Of a stretch of 64,000 nt of DNA, positions 12,445-23,777 are shown piece by piece. Origin of the DNA: Lepidodermella squamata (Eukaryota; Animalia; Gastrotricha). The position numbers were made by a program, and so were the translations under genes. A model generated the notes under the pieces. That model made no database searches. It was not told the origin of the DNA and saw only the letters and a program-made list of their open reading frames with translations. Position 1 is the stretch's first letter. Each line of letters opens with the position of its first letter. The DNA lies in contig JBLDXI010000033.1 of the NCBI GenBank assembly GCA_047495785.1, positions 1,674,001 through 1,738,000 of the forward strand, written 5' to 3'.

Positions 12445-13120
12445 TCGAATAAAATGTATCGACGTATAGATCACAAGTTCTGCTTTCTGTTCATTCGTGT
12501 TAGAATTTTTGATGCATTTTAAAATACACACTGAGTGTGGGCATTTCGGTTTGAAAAATATTTAGAGCTGCCTTTTTGGTTACAGTATTGAACGAATTTT
12601 TTTTTATTTACGAAGAATTTTCGGTCAGTTTTCGGATGTTAAAAAACTAGGCCTAGATCGTTCACAGAATCACGCCGAAATATCACCATGCCGATTCTGC
12701 ATCACAATTTTTTTTAAATGTGTAGGCAGGAAGCAGCAACAATCCTTGGAACCTATGCTACAATCTCCATTTTACCGAATTTGGATGATTATCCTACGTT
12801 TGCATCAACGGTCGATTTTAGGCCTCGAGAATTGTGAAATTAAATGTTGGGGACCTGGGACCAAAAGAAAATGGTTCACAGCTCGCAGTAACAAACAATG
12901 CTTTGAACTTGGAAATCGGATGCGTGACACTTGATTTTTGTCACCTTGATTTGATTGAAGAAATTGCGCATTGCTCCGTGTTTGAAATTGGTGACAGAAG
13001 TCGGTTTTTTTTTAATTTTTTTGCTAATTTTGCCCGCAACTCGGGCTATTCTCACTCAAACTGGACCCAAGTTTTCGAAAAACTCCACCTCGGTTTACGA
13101 ATTTCCGACAAGGATCAAAA

Positions 13121-14320
13121 CTGACCGATGAATCGTCCTAGTTTTCCTCAGGTGATTCCCCTTAGAGTGAAATAGCCACGTGGCCAAAAGATACCCAAGC
13201 ATCAGCCGAGTTATCCCATTTAATTGCGATCGATTTCACCTCGACTGAATAGATTTATTTAAAGAGTTTTTTTTACCGAGATTTGAGTTATCGCTCTAGA
13301 TTGAAACCCGGCCATACCACGATAGCTATGTCCGGAAAAGAATTCGAGTGTCGAGCGAGAACATTTCTGGGCAACTTCTACAAAACTACGTCGATCTTGC
13401 TTCAACTGGACAGGCCGAAATGCCGGTCTTTTTCCAGCTCTGCATGGTATAAAATTCATTGATAGGTAGTTAGTGAAATGCTATTTTCAATTTCCGAGAA
13501 ACGCGAAAACACAATATTTGAATGATAGAACCTGAGTAAAGAGCTCATATCTGAACGGAGCCGGCCAAGATTTACGAATCGGAACGAGTAGAAGACGAGT
13601 TGAGATGAGTAAATCGAGTAGGGCGACAACGATTTACGAATGTTATATCGTATAATATCGAATAGGCCAAGCTACTCGAAGTAAAATGAAATTATCGAAC
13701 CTTTATTTTCTATTCTCGAACCATTTTAAATTAAAGCGTCGGAATCATCGGAATATTTAATTTTCGTATTTTCAAAAAAACCATCGGAAAATTCAACATT
13801 TTATTTAATCCGATGGGTTAAGACACCTTATATTATTTCAAATGTTTGATGAAATTAATGAGACACGCGTTATAGCTACTCGGCCTATATAGCATGGTGT
13901 TTGTAAATTGGGCGAGAACATTCCTGGGCGCCCAGGCTACAACCTCCAATTTCCGGAATAATCGGTTTTTACATTGATTGGCATTACCAGCCTCGAAATT
14001 ATGGGTGTTATCTCAGAATTCTGGGAACTCAGAGCAATTGCCTTATTCCTCTGTGGCAACATTTACACTGAAATTTGGACTTTAAAATCTGTTACCGAAA
14101 TGTAGAGCTTCAGTCACCTGAATATTAAGGGGTAACTTCGCCGATTTTCCCGTGTAAACTGGCTCACTAAATTTTGCGCGTGAAGGCTGACCGGTGAATC
14201 ATCGTCCTAGTTTTCGTCAGATGGTTCATCGTTGAAAGAAATATTCATGCGTCCAAAAGTTACCCTGCCCTTTTAGTCCCGATCGCTTTTACCTTGATAG
14301 AGCAAATGATTGATTTAATC
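13121..14320. repeat. Two diverged direct copies (~130 bp) at ~13121-13260 and ~14187-14320
   Basis: ctgaccgatgaatcgtcctagttttcctcag...ccaaaagataccc versus ctgaccggtgaatcatcgtcctagttttcgtcag...ccaaaagttaccc. Confidence 0.55.
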
Positions 14321-14454
14321 GGTTTCAGGTTTGGGTGTTCACAATTTGCCGCACCGCCTCGAAATTGTCTTGGAAATGAGGTATTGTATCATTTAACTGG
14401 GCTAAAGGAGTGACCGCATGGCACTTTGGAACTATGGGCAAACATAACAACCCA

Positions 14455-14640
14455 AGATAAACGTGCAAATATCTCCCGGCTGCCCGTATCGCATATTCTC
14501 TAACATTAAAATAGAATTGTTGTGATAAAAGTGCGGCCGTGACGCGGTTTAAGAAAGGTTATCGTTTATCTATAGCAGCAATTAAACACTTCCAGGTGCC
14601 AAAATCGTGGCTGTTGGCTGGTATCACGGGCATATAAAAG
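14455..14640 (+). promoter_or_regulatory. GATA-site cluster and TATA box upstream of the FG-GAP gene
   Basis: AGATAA 14455, TGATAA 14523, TTATCT 14566; TATAAAA 14633-14639, ~55 nt before ATG 14691. Confidence 0.5.
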
Positions 14641-14690
14641 CCTGCCGGAACCACCCCTTAGATAGTTTTCGAGTTTTTCCCACTCCGAAA

Positions 14691-15984
14691 ATGTTTCAAA
14701 AAATCGTAGTAGCACTCGCTATTTTCGCCGCTGGGTCCATCGCCCAACCAGCTTATCGCCAACTTGGCAGCTTCAAAGTCGGAAGTCCGGCCTTCATCTC
14801 AATCCTACAGCTGAACGCCTCGACTGGGCCTGATCTTCTCATCACGTCATTCAAAGGCGTCGGCAGCGGGGCGGTCTACAATGTTCCAGATATTGGCTCG
14901 AAAATCAAAGGACTCATCAGCTCAATCAAGCCTGTCAGCGTAGCCGGTAATCAAAACTGTAAGTTGACTTGGTAAAACGAAATAGAAAAATATTAAATTT
15001 GTCGCAACATCAGGGCCAAACAACATTTTCCTCGCCCCGCCTGGCATCTGGTCTGATGCAACTGTAGTCTGGGCCGATGGATTTCTCGTCCCTGGCAAAA
15101 GCACCGGTACTGTCTTCGCCATGCACTACAAGAACGGCCAGTTCAGCAAGCCTGTTGCCCTCGCCAAGACAAAGAGCGGCTACTTCTACCACCAGGTCAG
15201 CTTCTACGACATGAACGGCGATGGCTGCGACGACATTGTCACCGCCCGCGTCAATGTCCCTGTCATCGGAACTGGTAAGGGTGAATTCTTGTGGCTCGAA
15301 TGCCCGACAGATCCGGCTGCTCGCGACAAAACGTGGGTCGAGCACGTTGTCATCGTCGGCGGGCCTGATGTCGATTTCTACCTCGGCGAGCTCGACAACG
15401 ACCCGTCAACCCTAGACGTCGTCGCCCCCATCTTCTTCGAAAAATCGCTGAACTACTACCAAATCAACAAAGCCGACCTGAGCCTCAAAGCGAAGACGAT
15501 CATTGACAACTCAATCGGCGCCCCCTTCTCAGTTGTAGTCGATGATTTCAACAAGAACGGCAAACGCCAGTTGTTGGTCCCGAACCACGAGGGCAAGCAG
15601 AAAGACACCGGCTTATTTTTGTTCGACATTCCCTCGGATTTGATCAACGGCGAGTGGACTCGGTACAAAATTGGCGGTGACTTTCCGATCTCAGCTTGGG
15701 GCCTGAACCAAGCGGCACCTGGTTTCGCCTATTCATCGACAGTCAAGGCAAACGCCAAGGATGAATTTCCGACCATCATGTTGGCTGGCGATGGCGCTCA
15801 ACGGGCTTATCAATTCACTCGAACTGGCGAAAATCAGTACACGCAAGAGGAAATCATCTATGCTAAAGGCGTAGTCGGTTCACTCGTTGTTGGTGATGTT
15901 GATGGCGATGGCTGGAACGAGTTCTTCATCCCGAACTACGATGGAGATCTCGTCTATGTCTACACCTACGCCCCGGCCGCGTAA
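14691..15984 (+). CDS. Secreted FG-GAP/VCBS-repeat beta-propeller protein; exons 14691-14958 and 15014-15984
   Basis: Signal peptide MFQKIVVALAIFAAGSIA; GTAAGT...CAG intron 14959-15013 restores NWPN in frame; Ca-binding-type motifs DMNGDGCDD, DFNKNGKRQ, DVDGDGWNE. Confidence 0.85.
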
Positions 15985-16229
15985 ATGCGTTATGACTTTT
16001 TGCTCTAATATCATTGACCCAATTTTCGAAATAAAACATTACGAGTATTTGCTACACGCAATTACGCAGATCTTTATTGATTCGTTTCCAACACATGAGC
16101 AAACGCATATGACATAAATTAATCAGCATGAAATGATCATGATGAAGGAAATGTTCTTCAAAGTTCTTAGCAGAGATTGATATTGTGGGTATAGTAATCA
16201 CGTTGTTTCGCTCATCTTAATCGTTTCGC

Positions 16230-17832
16230 TTAGGCGGTCTTGACGGTGACGGGCTTGACGTTGTTGACGGAGTGGTTGATCGAGTGGAAGCCACCGAAGT
16301 TGTGGACGGCGTTGTGGCCGGCGAAGGGCAGCTTGTTGTACAGCTCGGACATGATCGGCGACTTGGCGATCTCCTCGGTGGTCATCTTCGGCAGCTGGCA
16401 CTCGACGACGAGGTAGCCCTCCTGGGTGAGGCACGACTTGAGCTCAACCTTGGTCAGGTCGACCTTGGCAAGGGTCTATAGAAGATGAAGAAAATAATTA
16501 AGTTAAAGGTGATTGAAATATCGATGAACTACTCACCTCGGGCAGGACGAACTTGCGCGAGTACTTGCGGGCGATGTGGTGCTCCTTGCCCTCCTTGACC
16601 TCGTGGGCGGCCTCGACGACGACGGCGCGCTCGGCCTTGTTCAGGGTGACGGTGACCTCCTCAGGCTTGAAGCCCTTGAGCTCGAAGGCGAGGTACAGCT
16701 GGCGGTTGCCCTCGACGTCGATCATGCGGATCGGGTTGGTCAGGGTGTAGTGCTCGAGCTCGGAGGACGGGCGGAAGGCGATGTTGTACAGCTTGTCGCC
16801 GGCAACAGCGGCCGACTGGAAGGCAGCCGGGGTGTTGAACCAGTTGTTGCCGCCGAAGAGGCCGGAGTTGGCGAACGAGCCGTAGGTCGAGGCCGGGAAG
16901 GTGAGGCCGCCGAAGGACGACGAGGTCGGGTAGCCGTAGGCACCGGTCCAGTTGTTGGCGAAGCCACCGAAGGTCGAGGTCGGGTAGCCGTAGATGCCAG
17001 ACGACCAGGTGTTGTTGTTCAGGCCGCCGAACAGGCTCGAGGTCGGGTAGCCGTAGGTATTGAGGCCGCCGAAGACGTTCGACCAGGTGTTGTTGCCGCC
17101 GAAGGAGTTGTTCAGGCCAGAGAAGGTGTTGTTCAGGCCGGAGAAGTTGTTCAGGCCGCCGAAGACGTTCGACCAGCTGTTGTTCAGGCCAGAGAAGGTG
17201 TTCAGGCCGGAGAAGGTGTTGAGGCCAGCGAAGGTGGCGACGCGGGCGGCGATGACGTAGCACAGCTTGGCGCACAGCTCGGCGAAGACGACCGAGGCGA
17301 CGCTGGCGGCGTGCTGGGCGGTGTAGATGGCACCGAGGCGCTGGGCGAGGACGGCGCCGAGCTCAGCACCGCACTCGGCACCGAAGGAGTAGCACCAGCG
17401 GGCGCACTGCTCGACCGACCAGCCGTTGCACAGCTTGGCAGCGAGCTCGGCGCCGAGCTTGGCGCAGACCTCGGCGCACCACTGCGAGCCGATGCGGGCG
17501 GCGACCTCAGCGCCGAGGAAGGTGTTGAGGCGGGCGGCGATGATCGAGCCGAGCTGGGCACCGCACTCCTGGCCGTAGGTGTAGCCGCACTTGTAGCCGT
17601 ACTCGACAGCGGCGGTCTTGTTGAAGGTGGCGTCGAAGGCGGTCGAGTTGGCGAACGACGACGACGGGGTGGTGAGACCGGCGTTGATGAGACCAGCGTC
17701 GACGGCGCCGGGGTAGCCAGAGAAAAGGCCAGCCTTGGAGTTCAACAGACCCTGGACGTTGACCGGGACGGTGTTGAAGCCAGCGGCAGCAGCGCCGAAG
17801 GTCGAGGGGATCGAGGTGTATGAGCAAGCCAT
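16230..17832 (-). CDS. Small heat-shock (alpha-crystallin domain) protein, 513 aa, with long repetitive N-terminus; exons 17832-16537 and 16475-16230
   Basis: FELKGFKPEEVTVTL...AAHEVKE...YSRKFVLPE|TLAKVDLTKVELKSCLTQEGYLVVECQLP is an ACD; C-terminal VTV (IxI/V-type) motif; GTGAGT...TAG intron; TATA-like box at ~17946-17953; very strong C/G-ending codon bias. Confidence 0.88.
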
Positions 17833-19070
17833 TTTAGATTGGTAGGTGAAGAAACCGAAAACCGTGAATAAACGAAAGCGAGAAGAAGATTTGCTTTGAA
17901 TTAAGCGAAAGAGCGATTGATGATTTGCAACGGTGAAGGCGCCGGGTTATATACGCTGCAGGCACGCGCCCTTCGCCAACCTGTCAACAATGGAACAATG
18001 GATCGAACTTTGGCCATCATTGTGACTGAGGCGCAGCTTAGATTGGCACGCGTTATTCCATATCGCGTGTTTCATTTTCTGGCAGTGAATATTTCTTTTT
18101 CAAATCTGTTTTTTTTGTATTACAACGAATAATATATATCTTCAACTTTCTCAATGATCAATGAAAAACAGGCGAATATTAGCGGATTCATGAGGCTTCC
18201 GCCATTTGATGCGAGGGTGGCAAAACATCTCATCCACAAATTTTCTCCCGTCATCTCGGCCCACTTGTCGATTGGCTGATCAGATTACGATTCGGTGTTG
18301 ACTAAAAGCCCCTGTGTTCTAAATTCATCATGATCCGAAGTTGCCTGAAACTCTCGTTTTTGTAATAATAATTTTGGAATTTTATTCAGCATCGCTAATA
18401 GGCAATTCAATGCAAACATTTTCTTTGGAGATTCTTTTAGGTTATTTTAATAAAAATCTTGTGATTATTTTTTAACCTGATTTTAGTGTACGACATACAT
18501 ACCTACTCTTTTGCCGTTTCCTTATGAATGATTTTCCAATATAGCGAGTATTTCCCATTCCATGCCTGGTTATTAAGTCAATTTCCTTATCGGAATTTTG
18601 CGGTGAAAGTGTGAATAGACGGAATAACTCATAATTTTGATGATATTATTTGCTTGAGCCTTCCTGATATGTAATTGACGCTGCCGATAATTAGAGACGT
18701 GTGAGTCCAGTAAAATATCTCAGCATACCAGATCTACACAAAATATTAATATTTGGTAAAAGTTGTTGTCACGAAGAACGGAAACGCATAAAAAAACGGA
18801 TACAAGTGGATAAAAAATGCGCGCAGGTGGTTGAGCGGATGTTGAGTCTCGCGCTTCACTTACTTATAGCGAAGAGCTGCCGAACAAGGTACGACAAGCG
18901 TAGGGAAAACCGGAAGCACGAAATGCAGGTCGAGCATGTAATAAGCCTCCTAAAAAACAATGAGTTCCAATTATTGAAACCTATGAAAAACGTCCTCGTA
19001 AAGTAGCTTTTCTTAGAATATATAGTACGAGATGCGAAGCCGTCTCGGAAAATGCCTCATTCAGCGTGAA

Positions 19071-19583
19071 ATGAAGTTTGGAATAACTTTTATATTCGTA
19101 CTCATTTTTTGGTCGGTGAGTGCTGAATTGAGTCCTGACGACGACCGTGCGAAGCAATGGCATGCGCTCACTGGCGAACTTATGAAGCACAAATTCAAGC
19201 ACATAAAAAACAACAAGGGCAAAGCAACAACTACAGCTAGGCTCCCGATTGAAACTACGTTAAAAACTGTCACCCCAGCGCTAGCCGCTCAAATTTTGAC
19301 AGATGAGCAAGCCGAAGCCATGCGAGGTAACGCTAAATTTATGACTTCATATTAGCGAGAATCCTAGCTGTTTTTTTTCATTTTCATAGGTCACCTTAAA
19401 GTTTACATGAAAGATTTTATGAGGAAGTACAACGAACGAATGTTATTCGAGCTGCGTATGAAAAAATGCATCAGCATATTCGGATCGCGAGATATTTGTT
19501 CGAACAGTGCCAACTTTTACCTGTGGGCGCAAAAACTGGCCAAAGATATTATGAGCGGGAAACATGACGACGAACTGTTCTGA
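19071..19583 (+). CDS. Orphan secreted protein (~150 aa); exons 19071-19326 and 19390-19583
   Basis: Signal peptide MKFGITFIFVLIFWSVSA; phase-1 intron joins to GHLKVYMKDFMRKYNERMLFELRMKKCISIFGSRDICSNSANFYLWAQKLAKDIMSGKHDDELF*. Confidence 0.6.
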
Positions 19584-19932
19584 TTGTAGACAATTTTTTA
19601 GTATTTCATCGTTATTTCTAAACGACAGAAAATCCATATGTCATCTCGTTCGGAATGATTAAATTATGGTACGATTCGTAATTTTTATTCCGAATAATGG
19701 GCTACATTTATAGGATATATAATTCAAAAACATCTAATTAAATGAACATTTACATTGCCCAAAATATGCAGAAAACGGCAATTTCATATTTAGTTAAATT
19801 ATATGTGGAATTCAAAAGATCAGCTACAATTTCCCAGCAATTTCGAAAACGAGACGAAATTGATAATTTATTTTTATCATTCAAATAAATTCAAATGAAG
19901 AAAAAAAGTTAATTTGAATCAATCGTAGTTAA

Positions 19933-21063
19933 TTATTGGCCAACTTTAAGCGCAGTTCTAACGCATTCTGAAGCACCAGTCAGCCGGAAAGCTTCATTAA
20001 TATCTTTCAGCTCCATTCGATGCGTGATCAGAACGTCCATTGGCAATAATCCAGCCAGGTAATCATCCATTTCCTTCGGAAGGAAATCCCGTGGCTTAGC
20101 TCGCCCGATGTCAACACCTCTGATTTTTCGCCCAGTCAACAGCAGAGCAGTAGGTATGGAAACTTCACCCAAGGCGCCGGGCTGAACTCCGATGAGAATA
20201 CACTCGCCGTAGCCGGGGTTGCTGGCATTGAACGCGTCCAAAAGTGTCTGCGGTCTACCTACACATTCGAAGGTGTAATTGCAGTCTAATCCTCCGGTTG
20301 TCTTGTTGATAGCTTCAACGGCATTGGCAGCAGTTGGGTCGATGAAATCAGTCGCGCCCAATGATTTCGCAAGCTCCAACTTCGAAGCTTTCGGATCGAT
20401 CACGATGATTTTGCTGGCACCAGCTCGCTTACAGCCAATTAGGACCGATAGGCCAATGCAACCCAGACCCCAAATTGCGCAGTAGTCGCCCGGTTTGACC
20501 TTAGCAGCTAAAACAGCGGCGCCGTAACCAGTCGTAAATCCGCATCCGAGTAGGCCAGCAATGTCAAAGGGTGAATTTGGGCTCAATTTCGAGAGCTGAA
20601 ATTCATTGCAAACAGTATACTCGCTAAACGTACCGCAGCCGAATAGGGTCCAAACAGGTTGGCCCTTGCAGGTGAACCTAGAAGTGCCGTCGTCTAGGGA
20701 ACAATTCATCACGCTGTTAACACCGGCGGAGCAGTTGTTCGATTCAGGATGGCGGCAATCAGGGCACCTGTAGCACTGGCTCGAGTAGCATGGGACGACA
20801 ATATCGCCGGCGGCTAGTCCCGTCACGCCCTCGCCGACGCTTTCAACGACCCCGGCGCCCTCGTGGCCTAGAACGATTGGGAACTTGATTTCAAGGTACT
20901 GAATCGCGCCTGTTCTCGCTGAAAGATCGGTGTGGCAGACGGAAGTTGACTTGATCTGAACGCGAACTTCGCCGCGTTTTGGTGGGGCGACCTCGATTGT
21001 TTCGATCGTCAACGGCTGGTTAGCAGCCCATGCAACAGCGGCCTTGCAAGAGATGGTGCTCAT
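19933..21063 (-). CDS. Zn-dependent medium-chain alcohol dehydrogenase, class III-derived, copy 1
   Basis: CHTD, GHEGAG, four structural-Zn Cys, GCG, GLGCIG; intronless 376 aa. Confidence 0.95.
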   Translation of the reverse strand: MSTISCKAAVAWAANQPLTIETIEVAPPKRGEVRVQIKSTSVCHTDLSARTGAIQYLEIKFPIVLGHEGAGVVESVGEGVTGLAAGDIVVPCYSSQCYRCPDCRHPESNNCSAGVNSVMNCSLDDGTSRFTCKGQPVWTLFGCGTFSEYTVCNEFQLSKLSPNSPFDIAGLLGCGFTTGYGAAVLAAKVKPGDYCAIWGLGCIGLSVLIGCKRAGASKIIVIDPKASKLELAKSLGATDFIDPTAANAVEAINKTTGGLDCNYTFECVGRPQTLLDAFNASNPGYGECILIGVQPGALGEVSIPTALLLTGRKIRGVDIGRAKPRDFLPKEMDDYLAGLLPMDVLITHRMELKDINEAFRLTGASECVRTALKVGQ

Positions 21064-21959
21064 GCTTTATAAAATCTTGTAAAGGAGAAATCTTTTATAA
21101 TAAATGAACCAGTTATAAAGTTCCTAATGCTTTGTTTCCCGTGCCACGAGATTTTTTCGCGCGGGCGCGTGCCGTGACACAGCCCTATCATCTGGCTCCA
21201 GATTAATAAAATGTGATAATAAGGTCACCGCTTACCATGCCAAAAGTGGCGCGCCTGGTGACCGGTATTATCACGGATATTTCGTATACAAAGCAGCAAA
21301 ACGCGTGTAATCTTGTTTACAAGTCAACTAATATGGGGACGATTGAAGAATAAGGCTTGTCGCCTAAACGCCAACTTTCACACATGTAAGAGGCAAACGG
21401 AGGTCAAAGACGTGAAAGCCCTTATCTTCTGCAGCTACAGGGAAAATGCATATTTCGAGCTCGTTCGCACCTGGAGAACTTGCAAGTCACTGGCAAGTTG
21501 TTATCAATTACAAAGTTATCAAAATCTCTCGGTTTTTCTACGACATTATAGTCTAGCTAGTAAAGTCTAGTATAGTCTAGTATAGTGTAGCTGGCAGCTG
21601 AGAAAACCGCACAATTTCTCATTGCATAGCCGAGGATAAGCTTTTATCGCAGGAAGTACCGTCGTGTTTGAAGTATCGTTATACTAAACTTGTTCATCAC
21701 TTAAACAGTGTTGACAAATAAATTCGATTGGCGTAGTTCAATAATTCCCTTCGACTATCCCATTGAGACGACTCTTCTTCGTGATTTTTATTGCCTAACA
21801 CTTCACTATTTAATCGAAAATTTCACGAGTTTATCATTGATGGATTTGTTTACGTGTAAAGACAGTGTAAAGTCCTTTTAATAAATTACTCATAATCAGC
21901 GAGCTCATCTCGTGACCCTGAACTTCTTTACAGGTTTTCACGATATGCTTCGATATAAG

Positions 21960-23090
21960 TTACTCGCCCACTTTCATGGCAGCTCGGACGCATTCACTGG
22001 CAGCAGTCAATCGGAATGCTTCGTTGATGTCCTTCAACTCCATGCGGTGAGTAATAAGCTCTTCTAGGGGCAGTAGACCAGCGAGGTAGTCGTCCATCTC
22101 CTTCGGAATGAAATCTCTTGGCTTCGCGCGTCCCAGATAAACGCCTCGAATTTTACGTCCTGGCATTAGGATACTGGTTGGTATGCTGAGCTCACCCGCA
22201 CCGGGCAAAACGCCGATAAAAATGCACTCGCCATACCCGGCGTTGCTAGCATTCAAGGCGTCAAGCATTGTATTTGCCTTCCCAACACATTCAAACGTAA
22301 AGTGGCAATATTTTCCTTTAGTAAGTTTCTGTATCTCCTCAACGGCATTGACAGTAGTTGGATCGATGAAATCAGTCGCCCCTAATTTCTTCGCAATTTC
22401 GAATTTCGAAGCTTTCGGATCGATCACGATAATTTTGCTTGCACCAGCTCGCTTGCAGCCGATGAGTACCGATAGACCAATGCAGCCTAGACCCCAAATT
22501 GCACAGTAGTCACCTGGTTTGACTTTGGCTGCCAAAACAGCCGATCCGTAACCGGTCGTGAACCCGCATCCGAGTAGGCCAGCAATGTCAAAAGGCGAAT
22601 TAGGGCTCAGTTTAGCCAACTGGACTTCGTTACAGACTGTATACTCGCTGAATGTCCCACATCCGACCATTGTGTATACTGTTTGGCCTTTGCAGGTGAA
22701 TCTCGATGTGCCATCTTCCAAGGAGCAATTCAACAAGCCAACTAAGCCTGCTGGGCAATTGTTGGACTCTGGATGACGGCAGGCATCGCAGTTGTAGCAT
22801 TGGCCCGGATAACCGAAGGGAACAACAATGTCTCCAACAGCTAAGCTTGTAACCCCCTCTCCGACGCTTTCGACTACGCCGGAGCCTTCGTGACCCAAGA
22901 TTATTGGAAACTTAATTGGAAGGAATTGCAGAGATCCGCCTCTCGCAAAGATATCAGAGTGGCAAACAGATGTTGATTTGATCTGAACGCGAACTTCACC
23001 GCGTTTCGGCGGTGCAACCTCGATTGTTTCGATTGAAAGAGGCTCGTTAGCGGCCCAGACAACGGCAGCTTTGCAGGTAATTACGGACAT
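21960..23090 (-). CDS. Zn-dependent medium-chain alcohol dehydrogenase, copy 2
   Basis: CHSD, GHEGSG, GLGCIG; 376 aa, close paralogue of copy 3. Confidence 0.95.
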   Translation of the reverse strand: MSVITCKAAVVWAANEPLSIETIEVAPPKRGEVRVQIKSTSVCHSDIFARGGSLQFLPIKFPIILGHEGSGVVESVGEGVTSLAVGDIVVPFGYPGQCYNCDACRHPESNNCPAGLVGLLNCSLEDGTSRFTCKGQTVYTMVGCGTFSEYTVCNEVQLAKLSPNSPFDIAGLLGCGFTTGYGSAVLAAKVKPGDYCAIWGLGCIGLSVLIGCKRAGASKIIVIDPKASKFEIAKKLGATDFIDPTTVNAVEEIQKLTKGKYCHFTFECVGKANTMLDALNASNAGYGECIFIGVLPGAGELSIPTSILMPGRKIRGVYLGRAKPRDFIPKEMDDYLAGLLPLEELITHRMELKDINEAFRLTAASECVRAAMKVGE

Positions 23091-23777
23091 GACTGAACTA
23101 TTGAAAAATTTACAAAAGAAATGGTATGGTGGAAGAGAACGAAAGCATAGTGAAAGAGGGGTTATTATAGCGGCAATAATGGCAAGGAGAAATCAGGAGG
23201 AGCTTCTAATGTAAGGCGCTACAAAATGTTTATACACAAAAGCAAAAAAATTGCATTAAACCACTGGTCGGCTTTCTCTAAGTGCTGCAATGGAGAAGAT
23301 TCTTGTTTGAACTCGAAACTGGCACCAAGATTAAATTGGGCGATCCAAATTACACTTGTTACTTACACGAAAGCTAAAAAACTCCACTCATAGTGATAAC
23401 GACTTTGTTTTTGCCTTTTCATTTACGTAAAAAATGCGGACGCCGCTTTTTACTTCTATCTTCTATCTCCTATAACTAACACGAATCTGACTATTTCAAT
23501 CTGTAATGACAATAAAGAAAATGTCACCATAGAAAATTTAATAGTCGCAATTTTGCCAACACAATATTCCAGAAAATCTAGGATGCACCTGGTAAAGGGG
23601 CGACAGGCTTGCGACAGGCCCTTTCTAGGCAATAACAGTAGACAAAAGTGAAAGGGACACTTTTATTTAACGTGATTTATATGAAACATCCGTCCTTGAA
23701 TCAGGTGATTAGGGTGGTGAGTGGTGAGACTAACTAACTTCGGAATTTCTCAGCCCACATTTTTTGAAGCAGCGGTT

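Noticed and set aside
14947-14975. Alternative donors for the FG-GAP intron
   Set aside because: GTAAGT at 14959 is the consensus donor and keeps frame; the ~14972 donor shifts frame and 14947 is weaker.
16900-17240. Tandem DNA repeats that might suggest a CRISPR or satellite array
   Set aside because: In-frame coding repeats (FSGLNN); no repeat-spacer structure; eukaryotic context.
16576-17823. 415-aa antisense ORF and other overlapping ORFs on the sHSP gene
   Set aside because: Expected shadow of extreme C/G-ending codon bias; no recognisable motifs.
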